From a virus: a stretch of 64,000 nucleotides of DNA. Location: positions 13,188 to 77,187 of the IMG/VR virus record IMGVR_UViG_3300040801_001687; one strand, given 5' to 3'. The notes beneath the pieces were generated by a model. That model saw nothing but the letters and a program-made list of their open reading frames with translations, was not told the DNA's origin and did not search any database. How positions within the stretch are numbered: the first letter of the stretch is position 1; each line of letters opens with the position of its first letter. This document shows, one piece after another, positions 9,939 through 20,417 of the stretch. Both the position numbers and the translations under genes were made by a program.

Positions 9939-9950
9939 ACAATACTTAAT
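9939..9950 (+). promoter_or_regulatory. Candidate late promoter motif ACAATACTTAAT upstream of sheath
   Basis: Exact repeat of the motif at 3681 and 9486. Confidence 0.6.
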
Positions 9951-9979
9951 ATTTCTAATATAAATAAATGTAATTAATT

Positions 9980-11536
9980 ATGCCAAATTCTGCAAAAGTT
10001 AAATTTAATGAAATTGACCTTTCTTCTTTTATTGATTCACTAATAGGGGGTATAGCTGCAGTTTCATTACAAACCCTAAGAGGCCCTTATGGACATGATG
10101 GTTCTGTAATTGCTACTTGGCCTGAGTTTGTAAAGAAATATGGGGGAGAGGTTGAAGGTTTAGAAGGTGCATCTTTAGTAAAGAGAGCATTTTCTTATGG
10201 TTGTGCATTAAGGGTAAATAAGGTTGGTAATTATACTGACCCGGCAGATGCTGGAACTCTTACTGCTGAAAAAGCAGCTTTTGATGCTGCTCTGGGTTCT
10301 AATGCTGTTGATACAGAGGATTATTTTGAAGTAGTTCCAAAATATGCCGGAGCTGACTATAATAACTTAGTAGTTCAAATATTAGAGGCTTCCAATGGAG
10401 ATGCTGATGCCTTTGATTTAGTTGTATCACACCTTAATGAGCCATCTTTGGGAGAAATTTATCAAAACTTAAAAATTGAGGGTACTCCTACTATTGCTGA
10501 ATCCGATTATCTTAACAGAGTAAAATCTGGTTCAGCTCTTATAGATATTAACTATTTGGATTGCTCTGGATTATCAGGACAATTAAGACCCGATGATGGT
10601 ACATATTCAGCAACAACTGGTTCTAATGGTGACCCAGTAACAGCAGCGGACTATGAAGGCGATGAAGCCGGGGGTACTGGAGTATATGCTTTTGACCAAT
10701 ACAGTGATTTTGAGGTTATAGCTTCTTTAGATAATTCAGATACTTCGGTATTACAAGCATATTCAGCTTACACTGACAGTAGACAAGATTCAGTAACATT
10801 TGCACACCTTAAGAATACTTCTAATACTGTAACTAAATTAATTACTGAAAGAGGGGATACAAATATAGATTCTCGATTCACTGCTTTCTTTGCGGGGGGT
10901 TTAGAAATCCCTGACCCATTCCTAGAAAATACTCAAAAAGAAATTTCTGAATTAGGGGATGTATTGGGGTTAGCAATGTTCTCTTCAAGAGAATTTGGCC
11001 CATGGTGGAGTTTTGCTGGAACCCAAAGGGGGGTAATAAGAAATGCCTCTGATGTAGTTAATAATTTCTATGGGGCTAACACTATTAAGTTAGACCAACT
11101 TGCTCAAAGACAAATTAACGTAGTAGTTAATCAAAACGGTAGAATCTATATTAAAGGAAATTTTTCTGCCCAAATGGCTTCTTCAAGAAAAAGCTTTTTA
11201 AATGTGGTTAAATTAATTATATTTATTAAGAAATCACTAAGGCCTAATATGGAACTTTATTTAGAAGAACCGAATGACTTTAGAACCTTCTTACAAATAT
11301 ACAACGAAGTGGAACCGTTTTTATCATCTTTAGTAGGGGGAGAAAAAAGAGCTTTAGTTGATTATGAGTGGAGGGGTGACCAATTTGCTACAAAGGATTC
11401 TGAGTTAGTGATTAATAATAGAGCTGATTTAGACCAAGGTAAATATAGAGTTCAACTTTGGTTAAAAGAAGTAGTCTCTTTACAAGAGTTTACTATTGAT
11501 ATTATCTCTGCACCATCCGGCGTATCTTTTGAATAA
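9980..11536 (+). CDS. Contractile tail sheath protein
   Basis: 518 aa; GPWWSFAGTQRG, FLNVVKL and LEEPND sheath motifs. Confidence 0.92.
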   Translation: MPNSAKVKFNEIDLSSFIDSLIGGIAAVSLQTLRGPYGHDGSVIATWPEFVKKYGGEVEGLEGASLVKRAFSYGCALRVNKVGNYTDPADAGTLTAEKAAFDAALGSNAVDTEDYFEVVPKYAGADYNNLVVQILEASNGDADAFDLVVSHLNEPSLGEIYQNLKIEGTPTIAESDYLNRVKSGSALIDINYLDCSGLSGQLRPDDGTYSATTGSNGDPVTAADYEGDEAGGTGVYAFDQYSDFEVIASLDNSDTSVLQAYSAYTDSRQDSVTFAHLKNTSNTVTKLITERGDTNIDSRFTAFFAGGLEIPDPFLENTQKEISELGDVLGLAMFSSREFGPWWSFAGTQRGVIRNASDVVNNFYGANTIKLDQLAQRQINVVVNQNGRIYIKGNFSAQMASSRKSFLNVVKLIIFIKKSLRPNMELYLEEPNDFRTFLQIYNEVEPFLSSLVGGEKRALVDYEWRGDQFATKDSELVINNRADLDQGKYRVQLWLKEVVSLQEFTIDIISAPSGVSFE

Positions 11537-11556
11537 ACTTAAATAAAATATAGATT

Positions 11557-12012
11557 ATGGCTAACGTATCAAATCCACATAAAAAGTTTCAATTTAGTAT
11601 AGCTATATTGGGCATGAATCCATTTCTTGCTCAAAAAGTTACTACTGCGGAAAGAGATTTAGACCAGGTGGAACATGGAGAAGGAAACCATGTTATTAAA
11701 ACAGCTGGTATGGTAAAATTAGGAAACATAATGGTAGAAAAGATTTCATCTGCCGATGGGCCTGATAGATTATTTTGGGATTGGATTGCTTCAATTCAAA
11801 ATGAATTTATAGGTGGGGGTTTAATTCCTGACAATTATAAATTCCCAATACAAATACAGAAATATGCCACTGATGGTCTTACTGTAATTGCAACCTGGAA
11901 CTATATAGGATGTTGGGTAAAGAAAATCAATGGGGTGGAACTCGACAGAGTATCATCTGAAAATACCATTGAGAGTTTGGAGTTATCAGTAGATAGACAA
12001 GCTTATTTATAA
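11557..12012 (+). CDS. Tail tube protein (T4 gp19-like)
   Basis: FWDW, WNYIGCWVKKI and NTIESLELSVD motifs. Confidence 0.9.
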   Translation: MANVSNPHKKFQFSIAILGMNPFLAQKVTTAERDLDQVEHGEGNHVIKTAGMVKLGNIMVEKISSADGPDRLFWDWIASIQNEFIGGGLIPDNYKFPIQIQKYATDGLTVIATWNYIGCWVKKINGVELDRVSSENTIESLELSVDRQAYL

Positions 12013-12031
12013 AACTAAAATTTACTATTTG

Positions 12032-12067
12032 AAAGAGCTATCGGATTTAATCTAATAGCTCTTTTTT
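12032..12067 (+). terminator. Rho-independent terminator
   Basis: AAAGAGCTATCGGAT...ATCTAATAGCTCTTT plus T tract. Confidence 0.8.
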
Positions 12068-12092
12068 GTTTAACCCTTAAATAATTAAAACA

Positions 12093-12872
12093 ATGTCAGA
12101 AAAAATTGTAAGGGATGTGGCTAATGATGGATATCAGCTTACACCTAATACAGAAACTTTTAAATTACCTGATGGTAGAATGATTACCATTAGAGAGAGA
12201 AATGGTGAGGATGAGGATATTCTTTCCAAGGTACAGAATAATGATGATGGTAGTGCCTTTGATAAATTTCTTTATAATATTATAGAGGATTTAGATAATC
12301 AAGGTAAACCCACTAGAGCCCAAATATCTTCTTTTAAGAATCGTTCAAAATATTACATTTTATATAAATCAAGGATTCAAGCTTTGGGTGATGAGATGGA
12401 GTTTGAACATACCTTTGAAAATGGTGATAAGTTTGAATTTACCGAAGATTTAAAAATCTTTGATTTTGACTGGGAAAAGAAAGATTTAGAAGATAGAGAA
12501 GAATTTCAAATAGAACCTTATAAAGAGGCAGGAGATTCATTCTCATTTACATTATCTAGTGGATTAACTTGTAAAATGGATTATCTGACTTCAGCAATGG
12601 AATCCACAACGCTAGCAAAGGATATATCACAGCTTAGCATCAATGAGAAACTAAGGATAAGAAACTTTAGAGTTGCTGATAAAGGGGGAGACTTTGTTCC
12701 GGTAGTAAACTTTAAAATGTTTCCTACTAGATTGATGCAAGAAATAAGAAAATACCTTAAAGAGTATGATTCAGAGTTTACATTAACAACAAGTTTAAAG
12801 CATCCTTCAAAACCAATTCGAGAGGAGGTGTCATTGTTTATGTACTCGGATTTTTTCTTCCCAAAGGTTTAG
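12093..12872 (+). CDS. Tail assembly chaperone (G-like)
   Basis: Between tube and tape measure; GEDEDIL motif; ends DFFFP at slippery sites. Confidence 0.75.
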   Translation: MSEKIVRDVANDGYQLTPNTETFKLPDGRMITIRERNGEDEDILSKVQNNDDGSAFDKFLYNIIEDLDNQGKPTRAQISSFKNRSKYYILYKSRIQALGDEMEFEHTFENGDKFEFTEDLKIFDFDWEKKDLEDREEFQIEPYKEAGDSFSFTLSSGLTCKMDYLTSAMESTTLAKDISQLSINEKLRIRNFRVADKGGDFVPVVNFKMFPTRLMQEIRKYLKEYDSEFTLTTSLKHPSKPIREEVSLFMYSDFFFPKV

Positions 12873-13030
12873 GTGAATTCTTTTACCAGCCTTTGGAATA
12901 CCAATATTTTTATGTATGCCAGGCAAAATTTAATTTTAGTGAATATGAATTTAGAAGGCTTCCAACTTCAAGGAGGTTAGTATATTTAAATATTGCTAAA
13001 AATTATGCTGAAAAGATGGAAAATATATGA
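12851..13030 (+). CDS. -1 frameshift extension of tail chaperone (GT-like), not in the ORF track
   Basis: In-frame slippery heptamers T TTT TTC (12851-12857) and C CCA AAG (12860-12866). The -1 frame reads FFLPKGLGEFFYQPLEYQYFYVCQAKFNFSEYEFRRLPTSRRLVYLNIAKNYAEKMENI and stops at a TGA overlapping the tape-measure ATG. Confidence 0.8.
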   Translation, partial: FFLPKGLGEFFYQPLEYQYFYVCQAKFNFSEYEFRRLPTSRRLVYLNIAKNYAEKMENI

Positions 13031-15132
13031 TTAATTTAGGTTCTAACGTAATGGGTATCGGTCTTTCAATAGTTTTGAGAGACCGTTTTACTGCGCAAGC
13101 TAATCGAGTAGCTGCATCAATGGGTATAATGAATAAACAAGCCCGTACTTTGCAAGCTTCTCTAGGTGCTACTCAAATAATGGGCTTTGGGTTAGCAGCG
13201 GGGGGTTTATTAATGGCTCGTTCTTTTAAGAAGGCTGTTGATATATCTTCTGACTTTCATTACACATTAAAAGGTGTACAAGCAGTTTCCCAAGCTACTA
13301 CAGAAGAACTTAATCAAATAGAGGCTTCAGCTTTAAGGATAGGTAAATCCACTATATTTACTGCAAGGGAAGTAGGTTCTGCAATGCATTATTTGGGTGT
13401 TGCAGGTATGAACGCTAAACAAATATTAGGTTCAATTGATGCTACTGCTTTATTAGGAGCGGCAACAGACACTAAAATTGGGGGTCAAGGGGGAACAGCT
13501 GATATTCTAACTAATATAATGACCCCCTTTGGTTTAGCTGCTAATCAATCTATGAGGCTTGCGGATATTCTTGCTAGGGGTACAACTCGTGCAAATATTG
13601 AAATGCATGATTTAGGCCAATCCATGAAGTATGTGGCTAATGCTGCAAAACAAGTGGGGGTAGATGTAGAAGAAGCTACTGCAATGGTTACAGTATTAGG
13701 TAATGCAGGTATTAGAGGAGGTATGGCAGGTAGAGGACTTGCTAACGTATTAACATATATGTCTAGGATTCAATCCGAGTGGAGAACTCCAAAACAAGCC
13801 GAAATGCTTAAATCCATAGGAATGAACCCATCGGATTTAAGAGATTCACAAGGGGAGCTTAGAGATATGGCTGGCTTACTTGATGTCTTTAGACAAAAGA
13901 TGAGACACTTACCTGGAACTGAAAGGTTAGCTATACTATCAGGAGTATTAAATATTAGAGGTGCTAGAGCATTTATGCCTTTGTTTGAAGAAGGTACTAA
14001 ACTGGGTTTGGGCTTTGCTGAAATGTTAACTTTATTAAGAGATGGCTCACAAGGAGCAGCAGAGGAGATTGCTAGAATGAGATTAGATAACCTTAAGGGT
14101 GATATTATTATATTAAAATCAGCATGGGAGGCATTTAAGATTGCTCAGGGTTCTGCATTAGAAGGAACTTTAAGATTTATTACACAGGGATTAACTAAAG
14201 TAGTTAACCTAATGACTAGGGTTGCAGAACATCCAATAGGTAAAGCTTTAATGGTATTAGGTTCTGTATTTGCAATTGCTACTTTGGGTTTAGGAGCTTT
14301 CTTAGTACTATTCTCAACCTTTGGGTTAATGATTACTACTTCAAGAACTTCCCTCAAATCAATGAGGGCTGCATTAGTTTGGACTTGGAATTCAGGTACT
14401 GCTGCTGTGGCTAGATATATTGCTGCTGCTCAAGGTGCTAGTTTTGTGGGTCCCGGTGGAAGTTTTGTTCAAAAAGGTAAAAAAGGTTTCCAATCAATTA
14501 ACAAACCCAATACATTAATGGGAAGCTCATGGATTGCATCTAAGTTAGGATTGGGTGAGAAAGCTAAAGGAGCTACTCAAGCGGGAACTAAAGGAATGAA
14601 AGGATTCATTTCATCATTAACTAAATCCAGTGGACTACTGGGGAAATTAGGAAGAGTTTTAAAATTAGTATTAGGACCTATTGGTTGGATTATAGGTTTA
14701 GCCGTTTCTTTTATGGGTCTTAAAAATATAGTTAATCTATTGGTATGGGGTTTAGGAAAATTCCTACACTCTATTATGTTTATCTATGATTATATAAAAG
14801 GAGTATTTACTCAGGGGGATTTATCAGGTAGAAGGGCTAGAGAAAATTGGAATAAAAGGTCTAATAAATTAAATAAAGCTACAGGTTTAGATTTAAATGC
14901 TGGAGTATTGGGTTGGGGACAACCTGCTTCACCTGGAGTTTCTAAATCTCAAAAAGAATATGAGAAGAAGGAGATGGGTAGAATGATAGAAACCCTAGGA
15001 AAGATGGCTGGTAAAGAAACTAAAGTATCAGCTTCTAATGTAAACCTTGATGGAAAAAAAGTGGGTGAGATAATATTTGAAAATGAGGAGTATTCAAGTT
15101 TAAAGGATTTTTTAAATAACACAAGTCAATAA
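13027..15132 (+). CDS. Tape measure protein (TP901-like)
   Basis: TIFTAREVGSAMHYL, LGQSMKYV and GIRGGMAG motifs; hydrophobic segments. Confidence 0.92.
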   Translation: MINLGSNVMGIGLSIVLRDRFTAQANRVAASMGIMNKQARTLQASLGATQIMGFGLAAGGLLMARSFKKAVDISSDFHYTLKGVQAVSQATTEELNQIEASALRIGKSTIFTAREVGSAMHYLGVAGMNAKQILGSIDATALLGAATDTKIGGQGGTADILTNIMTPFGLAANQSMRLADILARGTTRANIEMHDLGQSMKYVANAAKQVGVDVEEATAMVTVLGNAGIRGGMAGRGLANVLTYMSRIQSEWRTPKQAEMLKSIGMNPSDLRDSQGELRDMAGLLDVFRQKMRHLPGTERLAILSGVLNIRGARAFMPLFEEGTKLGLGFAEMLTLLRDGSQGAAEEIARMRLDNLKGDIIILKSAWEAFKIAQGSALEGTLRFITQGLTKVVNLMTRVAEHPIGKALMVLGSVFAIATLGLGAFLVLFSTFGLMITTSRTSLKSMRAALVWTWNSGTAAVARYIAAAQGASFVGPGGSFVQKGKKGFQSINKPNTLMGSSWIASKLGLGEKAKGATQAGTKGMKGFISSLTKSSGLLGKLGRVLKLVLGPIGWIIGLAVSFMGLKNIVNLLVWGLGKFLHSIMFIYDYIKGVFTQGDLSGRRARENWNKRSNKLNKATGLDLNAGVLGWGQPASPGVSKSQKEYEKKEMGRMIETLGKMAGKETKVSASNVNLDGKKVGEIIFENEEYSSLKDFLNNTSQ

Positions 15133-15133
15133 T

Positions 15134-15754
15134 ATGCCATTCTTTGAAGAACTAAGAGATTTAACAACCCCAAATAGGTTTGGGAGTAGGGGTCGTAATG
15201 AAAGGGAAAAAGGTTTTAATAACACCTCCACTATTTACAACCCCCATGAATTAGCTATTGTAAGAGTTGATGAGAGGGAGAAAAAAGTAGAAACCTTAAA
15301 AATTCAAGTTGTTCCAAAAGAATTAGATTATCAGCCTTCTTCTAATTGGGCAGTAATTCCAAGCGTAGGAAGAAACAACCCATTCTACAATTACACAGGA
15401 GGGGAAGATACTTTAAAATTTACTTTAGATTGGTTTTGTAATGATGAAAGAAGAACTGATGTAATACAATCCTGCAGGTGGTTAGAATCCCTTTCTAAAG
15501 CGGATGGGTATAATACAGAACCCCCAAGAGTAATATTACAATTTGGTAGGTTATTTAGATTTGAGAAGTGGATTATAGAATCAGCCCCTTATAAATTATC
15601 ATTATTTAATAGAGAATATTCAATGCTTCCAGGTCAAGCTTACCAGGAAGTAACTCTTAAAAGGGTAACAGGTTTTAACCTGGGTATTAAAGATATGAGA
15701 ACAGTTTGGGGTGCAAAAGGAGAAAGAACAAATGACACAAGTAATTTCTATTAA
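15134..15754 (+). CDS. Baseplate tube initiator (contractile injection system tube-like)
   Basis: GRNNPFYNYTGG and PPRVILQFG motifs; position. Confidence 0.75.
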   Translation: MPFFEELRDLTTPNRFGSRGRNEREKGFNNTSTIYNPHELAIVRVDEREKKVETLKIQVVPKELDYQPSSNWAVIPSVGRNNPFYNYTGGEDTLKFTLDWFCNDERRTDVIQSCRWLESLSKADGYNTEPPRVILQFGRLFRFEKWIIESAPYKLSLFNREYSMLPGQAYQEVTLKRVTGFNLGIKDMRTVWGAKGERTNDTSNFY

Positions 15755-16058
15755 CAGACAGAATCTAAGGCTACCTAAAGAGAACTTATACTCTAACGGT
15801 TATATAGTGGACTTAGGAGAAGAAGGCATGCTTTTAAAAAGGGATAGGTTAATTTATAACTTTAAATCCGAAAGAGATGTAAGACATAGAGTAACTGCTG
15901 GGGAAACTCTTAGCTCTTTAGCGTATAGATATTATAATAATTCTTTATCATGGTTTATATTAGCTGATGTTAACAATATATACAACCCCTTTAATTTAAC
16001 TCCAGGCTCTATATTACTAATACCTGATATTGATATAATTGAAAACCTTAGAAGATGA
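15732..16058 (+). CDS. LysM-domain baseplate protein (P2 gpX-like)
   Basis: HRVTAGETLSSLAYRYY...W..LADVNNI.NP..L.PG..L.IP; the ATG at 15732 is preferred to the GTG at 15711. Confidence 0.85.
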   Translation: MTQVISINRQNLRLPKENLYSNGYIVDLGEEGMLLKRDRLIYNFKSERDVRHRVTAGETLSSLAYRYYNNSLSWFILADVNNIYNPFNLTPGSILLIPDIDIIENLRR

Positions 16059-17617
16059 GTGATATAAAAAAACAAGGTTATGCTGGTATATTTATTAGAG
16101 TATTCAATGCTAATAACTCTGAACTTATCCAAGGTGTTACCTCTATAAAATATACTCATTCTGAAAGAGCAGATGATGCCTCTACTATAACCATAAAAAG
16201 TAAAGAAGTTGGTATAGTGGATTCTCCTGATATTCAGGAAAACAAGATGTTGAATTTAGTTTTTGGTTACACTAGTGGAGAGAAACAAAAAAGACAAGTT
16301 TGGATTTGGGATATACAAACTGAATTCACTACGGAAGGTGTAACACTAAGGATAGAGGCTTATTGTAAAGCTGCTTACTTATTATTAGATTCATCTAAGG
16401 ATGTATGGAATAATACTAACCTAGAAGATATGGCAAGACAAATTGCTGATTCAAGTGGGTTAGAATTTGAAAATGAATTCGATGAGGCTTATGTAGATTT
16501 TGCAAAGGGTTCAGAATTTGATGAAGAGACTAACCAATTTACTCAGGCTAGGGATACAACTTCAAGACCTAGAGTATATAGGTGGAAAAACCAACAGGTT
16601 GTTGCAGCTAATCGTTCCAAAGCTCGTATACTTCAGGATATGAAAGAAAAAGAACCAACTCCTGATGTTGTTATAGAGGGTAGGGATGATAAACTAATAC
16701 TAAGAAGAAGAAATTTAAAACAAAGCCCTTATAAATCATTAGTATGGAGAGGGGAACCAGGAAATTTTTTACAATTTGAACCCCGTTCTAATTTAAGGTT
16801 AAATAAAAAATATGGTATTAGTAATTCGGTATCTACTTGGGATGAGGAGAATAAAGAATACACTCAAGGCTCTGTAGGTAAACCCCAAACTGGTATAACC
16901 TCTTTGGGAGATAATGAGGAAGTAACTTGGGGTCAACAAAAGGCCGAAGATATACAATCAGCTTTAAATGAAGATATATTAACCGGGTCACCTTATACAG
17001 TTGATGGGGTATATGTAGAGGAGGAAATTGATGAAAAGGATGAAAACGGTAACCCCATAATAAAGAGAAGGTTTAATAAAAAACTAGAGATTGGGGATAA
17101 TGCTTTTGTAGGTTGGGTAAAAAGGGGTACTAGAAAATCTAATTTAGTATTAGATAAAAAATTTATTACTGTAGAAACTGATGTAACCGGAAGAATAGAA
17201 CAAAGGGGTTTTGATGTTATACCCATAACTAAAGAAAATTTACCCACTGGAGATGGAACACCAGAAGAAGAAGCAGGAGCGGGAGCAAATAGAAAAGCTA
17301 GAAATGAGTTAGATTTATATGAGGCTAATATCATGGTATTGGGTGACCCCGATTTAGTATCAGGTAAAATAGTAAATATAAAAGGTACAGGAGTTAAGTA
17401 CTCAGGTAATTGGTATATAAAGTCTGCTACCCACGAATTGGAAACAGAAAGTGGTTACATTACTAGATTATTAGTATGTAGAAACTCATTAAATAGTTTA
17501 GATAATGAAAACCCTTTAAAATTAAAAACATCTCAAATTAATATAGAATCCAATAATGGTATATTAACTGAAGATGGGACTATTAACCTATTAAACGTAC
17601 CAGTTAGAAATGATTAA
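16055..17617 (+). CDS. Baseplate hub (P2 gpD-like)
   Basis: GDPDLVSGKIVNIKG...YSGNWYIKSATH motif. Confidence 0.85.
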   Translation: MSDIKKQGYAGIFIRVFNANNSELIQGVTSIKYTHSERADDASTITIKSKEVGIVDSPDIQENKMLNLVFGYTSGEKQKRQVWIWDIQTEFTTEGVTLRIEAYCKAAYLLLDSSKDVWNNTNLEDMARQIADSSGLEFENEFDEAYVDFAKGSEFDEETNQFTQARDTTSRPRVYRWKNQQVVAANRSKARILQDMKEKEPTPDVVIEGRDDKLILRRRNLKQSPYKSLVWRGEPGNFLQFEPRSNLRLNKKYGISNSVSTWDEENKEYTQGSVGKPQTGITSLGDNEEVTWGQQKAEDIQSALNEDILTGSPYTVDGVYVEEEIDEKDENGNPIIKRRFNKKLEIGDNAFVGWVKRGTRKSNLVLDKKFITVETDVTGRIEQRGFDVIPITKENLPTGDGTPEEEAGAGANRKARNELDLYEANIMVLGDPDLVSGKIVNIKGTGVKYSGNWYIKSATHELETESGYITRLLVCRNSLNSLDNENPLKLKTSQINIESNNGILTEDGTINLLNVPVRND

Positions 17618-18326
17618 AAACATAGCTAAAGTATTTAGGGATTTAAGTTTATATGGGTTAGAGAAGTTAGGGTTGTACTACTCTAAGTATAGAGCTTTTG
17701 TTTATGATAGAGACGACCCAAAGGGTTATGGGAGATTAAGAGTTCAAGTTCCCGAAGTATTTGGGGATATGGTTTTAGATTATTGGGCTTGGCCTGCTTC
17801 TAATTATTCAGGAATAGGTTATGGAGCTCAAGTGATACCTCAAAATAATGATATGGTATGGGTTGAATTTGAAAAAGGAAATCCAAGAAAACCCCTTTGG
17901 AATTATGGGTACCATTCAAAAGGAGAAAAACCTGATGATTTAAAAGACCCAAATAAGTATTGGTTTAGAACTCCAAAAGGTTTACATATTGAGTTTGATG
18001 ATAATCTTTTAAAGACCAAGATTACAACACCAAATGGGTATATATTTGAAATGGATGAAGATTCTGAAACCATAAAAGTTAGTGGGGGAGTTATCTCATT
18101 AAACGGAGACGGGGAAGGGGGTTTAGTTTTATCACAAGAGGTATCAGATAAGTTTAATGATTTAGAATCAGAAATAAATGAATTAAAAACTATATTTACA
18201 TCTTGGGTAGTGGCTCCAACTGATGGGGGTTTAGCTTTAAAAACTTTAGTAACTAATTGGGCTTCAGGACAATTAACACCTTCTCAAAAAGGAGAGTTTG
18301 AAAATGACAATGTAAAACATGGATAG
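17610..18326 (+). CDS. Baseplate spike (gpV / gp5 OB-fold)
   Basis: DDPKGYGRLRVQVP and VWVEFEKGNPRKPLW motifs. Confidence 0.9.
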   Translation: MIKNIAKVFRDLSLYGLEKLGLYYSKYRAFVYDRDDPKGYGRLRVQVPEVFGDMVLDYWAWPASNYSGIGYGAQVIPQNNDMVWVEFEKGNPRKPLWNYGYHSKGEKPDDLKDPNKYWFRTPKGLHIEFDDNLLKTKITTPNGYIFEMDEDSETIKVSGGVISLNGDGEGGLVLSQEVSDKFNDLESEINELKTIFTSWVVAPTDGGLALKTLVTNWASGQLTPSQKGEFENDNVKHG

Positions 18327-18711
18327 TATTAATAAATTTATAGGTACAGGAATATCTTTCCCAATAATACTTCAAGGTGGTAAGCCAGTTATATCTTCGG
18401 GTTCAGAGCTTATTAGTTCCTCTATAAAGATAATACTATCTTGGACAGTGGGGACAAGGTTAATGAATTCTTCTTTTGGTTCCTTAGTGGATGATTTAAT
18501 AGAGGAACCCAATGATAGCTTTATAAGGGGTTTATTAGAAGAGTTAATTTTTGATTCTTTAAGTACCTTTGAAAAAAGAATTACGGTTTTAGATATTAAT
18601 GTATCTAAAATAGAAAATGAAAAATTAGAAGTTTTTGTGTTGTATAGAATTAAAGGCTCTAGGATTGAGGACTCATTAACTTTTCCATATTATAAAACTT
18701 TATCGAATTAA
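18319..18711 (+). CDS. Baseplate wedge / sheath initiator (gp25/GPW family)
   Basis: GTRLMNSSFGS and FEKRI motifs. Confidence 0.9.
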   Translation: MDSINKFIGTGISFPIILQGGKPVISSGSELISSSIKIILSWTVGTRLMNSSFGSLVDDLIEEPNDSFIRGLLEELIFDSLSTFEKRITVLDINVSKIENEKLEVFVLYRIKGSRIEDSLTFPYYKTLSN

Positions 18712-18713
18712 TT

Positions 18714-20417
18714 ATGGCTAATGTAAAAAATAATTGGGTAGGCTTTTTAGATAGGTCTTATCAGCAAATAAAGAATGCTCTTCTATCCCGAGTTACTATA
18801 AGTAACCCCGAGTTGACAGACCATAGCCCATCAAATCCTTTTGTTATAATAATTGATATGTTTGCTGCAATAGCAGAGATGCTCAACTATTATATTGATA
18901 ATGTTGCAAAGGAATCATTTTTTGCTACTGCTAGTAGAAGAAGTTCCATAATTAATCATTCTACTGGACTTGACTATAGAATTAAAGCTAGAAGTCCTGA
19001 ATCAGTAGATGTAGTACTAACTTTCGATAGTCCAGGTGGAGCAAATTTTAGTATATTAAGTAACACCTCCATAAATTCAAATGATGGGTATACTTTTAGA
19101 ACTTTAGAGGACCATGATGTATTAGCTGCAGATACCTTTGCAAATATACCTTTTGTACAAGTTGATTTAATAAGTAGAACACTAGGTTCTTCTAATGGTG
19201 CTTCCAATCAAAAATTCCAAATAAGCGATAAGTATGTACATAAAACTATGGAGATAACCATAGCTGGTCAAGATTATTTTGAAGTAAATACTTTTGCTAA
19301 TTCTAATCAAGAGGATAGGCATTATGTAGTGGATATAGATACTGATGGTTTTGCTTATGTAAGATTTGGAGATGGTAAAAAGGGAGTAGTTCCCCAAAAT
19401 GGTGAGGATATAATAGCTAATTACCAAGACACTGAAGCGGGGGACAATAAAATTGATGCTAATGATTTAGATATAAATACATTAACCTTAAACTTAAGTC
19501 AAAATTTAGTAACAGTAGATACTGCAAATAACCCAACATCTTCATCGGGGGGAGCATTTTTTGAATCAACTGAAGATATTAGGGACAATGCAATGAGAAG
19601 CCTAAGAACTTTGGATAGAGCTGTAAATGTTCAAGACCATGTAGATATTATTAATGCTTTACCTGGGATAAGGGATACTGCTATAAACTTCTGTTGTGGG
19701 GAAGATATAAATTTATACATTGTACCCCAAGGGGGTGGCTTAGCTCAACAATCATTAATTAATCAGGCTCAAGAAGAAATTAATGATAAGTCAATGGTTT
19801 TAGTAAACCCAATAGTTAGAGCAGCTGGAGAGAGTAGGTTATTCATTAGAATGAAAGTTTATGCTAGACCTAGAAAATCCTTAATAGATGTAAAACAAAC
19901 AGTAGAACAAGCTTTACTAGATTACCAGGATTCATCTGATATAAAAATAAATAGTAATATAAGGTTATCTGATATTCAAGCCTTAATAGATAATTTACCT
20001 TCTGTTGATTATTTGGATATAACAGAACTCTGGGTAGAACCTTATGCTAGACCCATAGGTCACAACAATCAATTAAATTGGACTAGGATAGGGGGTAAAG
20101 CTATGGACCAAATAAGGGATTGGAGATTGGAAGTTGACTCAAATGGTGATTTTCTAGTATACATGGACAATGTTTTACAAGAGATATTAGAAGTAGGCCA
20201 AGAGTGGAACAGCCCACTAGGTAGTACAAATAACCCATATTTTACAATAACTATAAACTCTGGTTCTTATAACGTAGGGGATAGGTGGGAATTTAAAACT
20301 TACCCTTATTTACAAAATGTATCTTTAAGGGATTTCACAATTGTAAAGATGGATTTAAACTTTATAAAGGTATCTGTAGTTTCTAGTCAAAACCAAGAAA
20401 GTTCTTCATCATGTTAA
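18714..20417 (+). CDS. Baseplate J-like protein
   Basis: ESFFATA, VRFGDGKKG, GGAFFES and RAVNVQD motifs. Confidence 0.9.
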   Translation: MANVKNNWVGFLDRSYQQIKNALLSRVTISNPELTDHSPSNPFVIIIDMFAAIAEMLNYYIDNVAKESFFATASRRSSIINHSTGLDYRIKARSPESVDVVLTFDSPGGANFSILSNTSINSNDGYTFRTLEDHDVLAADTFANIPFVQVDLISRTLGSSNGASNQKFQISDKYVHKTMEITIAGQDYFEVNTFANSNQEDRHYVVDIDTDGFAYVRFGDGKKGVVPQNGEDIIANYQDTEAGDNKIDANDLDINTLTLNLSQNLVTVDTANNPTSSSGGAFFESTEDIRDNAMRSLRTLDRAVNVQDHVDIINALPGIRDTAINFCCGEDINLYIVPQGGGLAQQSLINQAQEEINDKSMVLVNPIVRAAGESRLFIRMKVYARPRKSLIDVKQTVEQALLDYQDSSDIKINSNIRLSDIQALIDNLPSVDYLDITELWVEPYARPIGHNNQLNWTRIGGKAMDQIRDWRLEVDSNGDFLVYMDNVLQEILEVGQEWNSPLGSTNNPYFTITINSGSYNVGDRWEFKTYPYLQNVSLRDFTIVKMDLNFIKVSVVSSQNQESSSSC

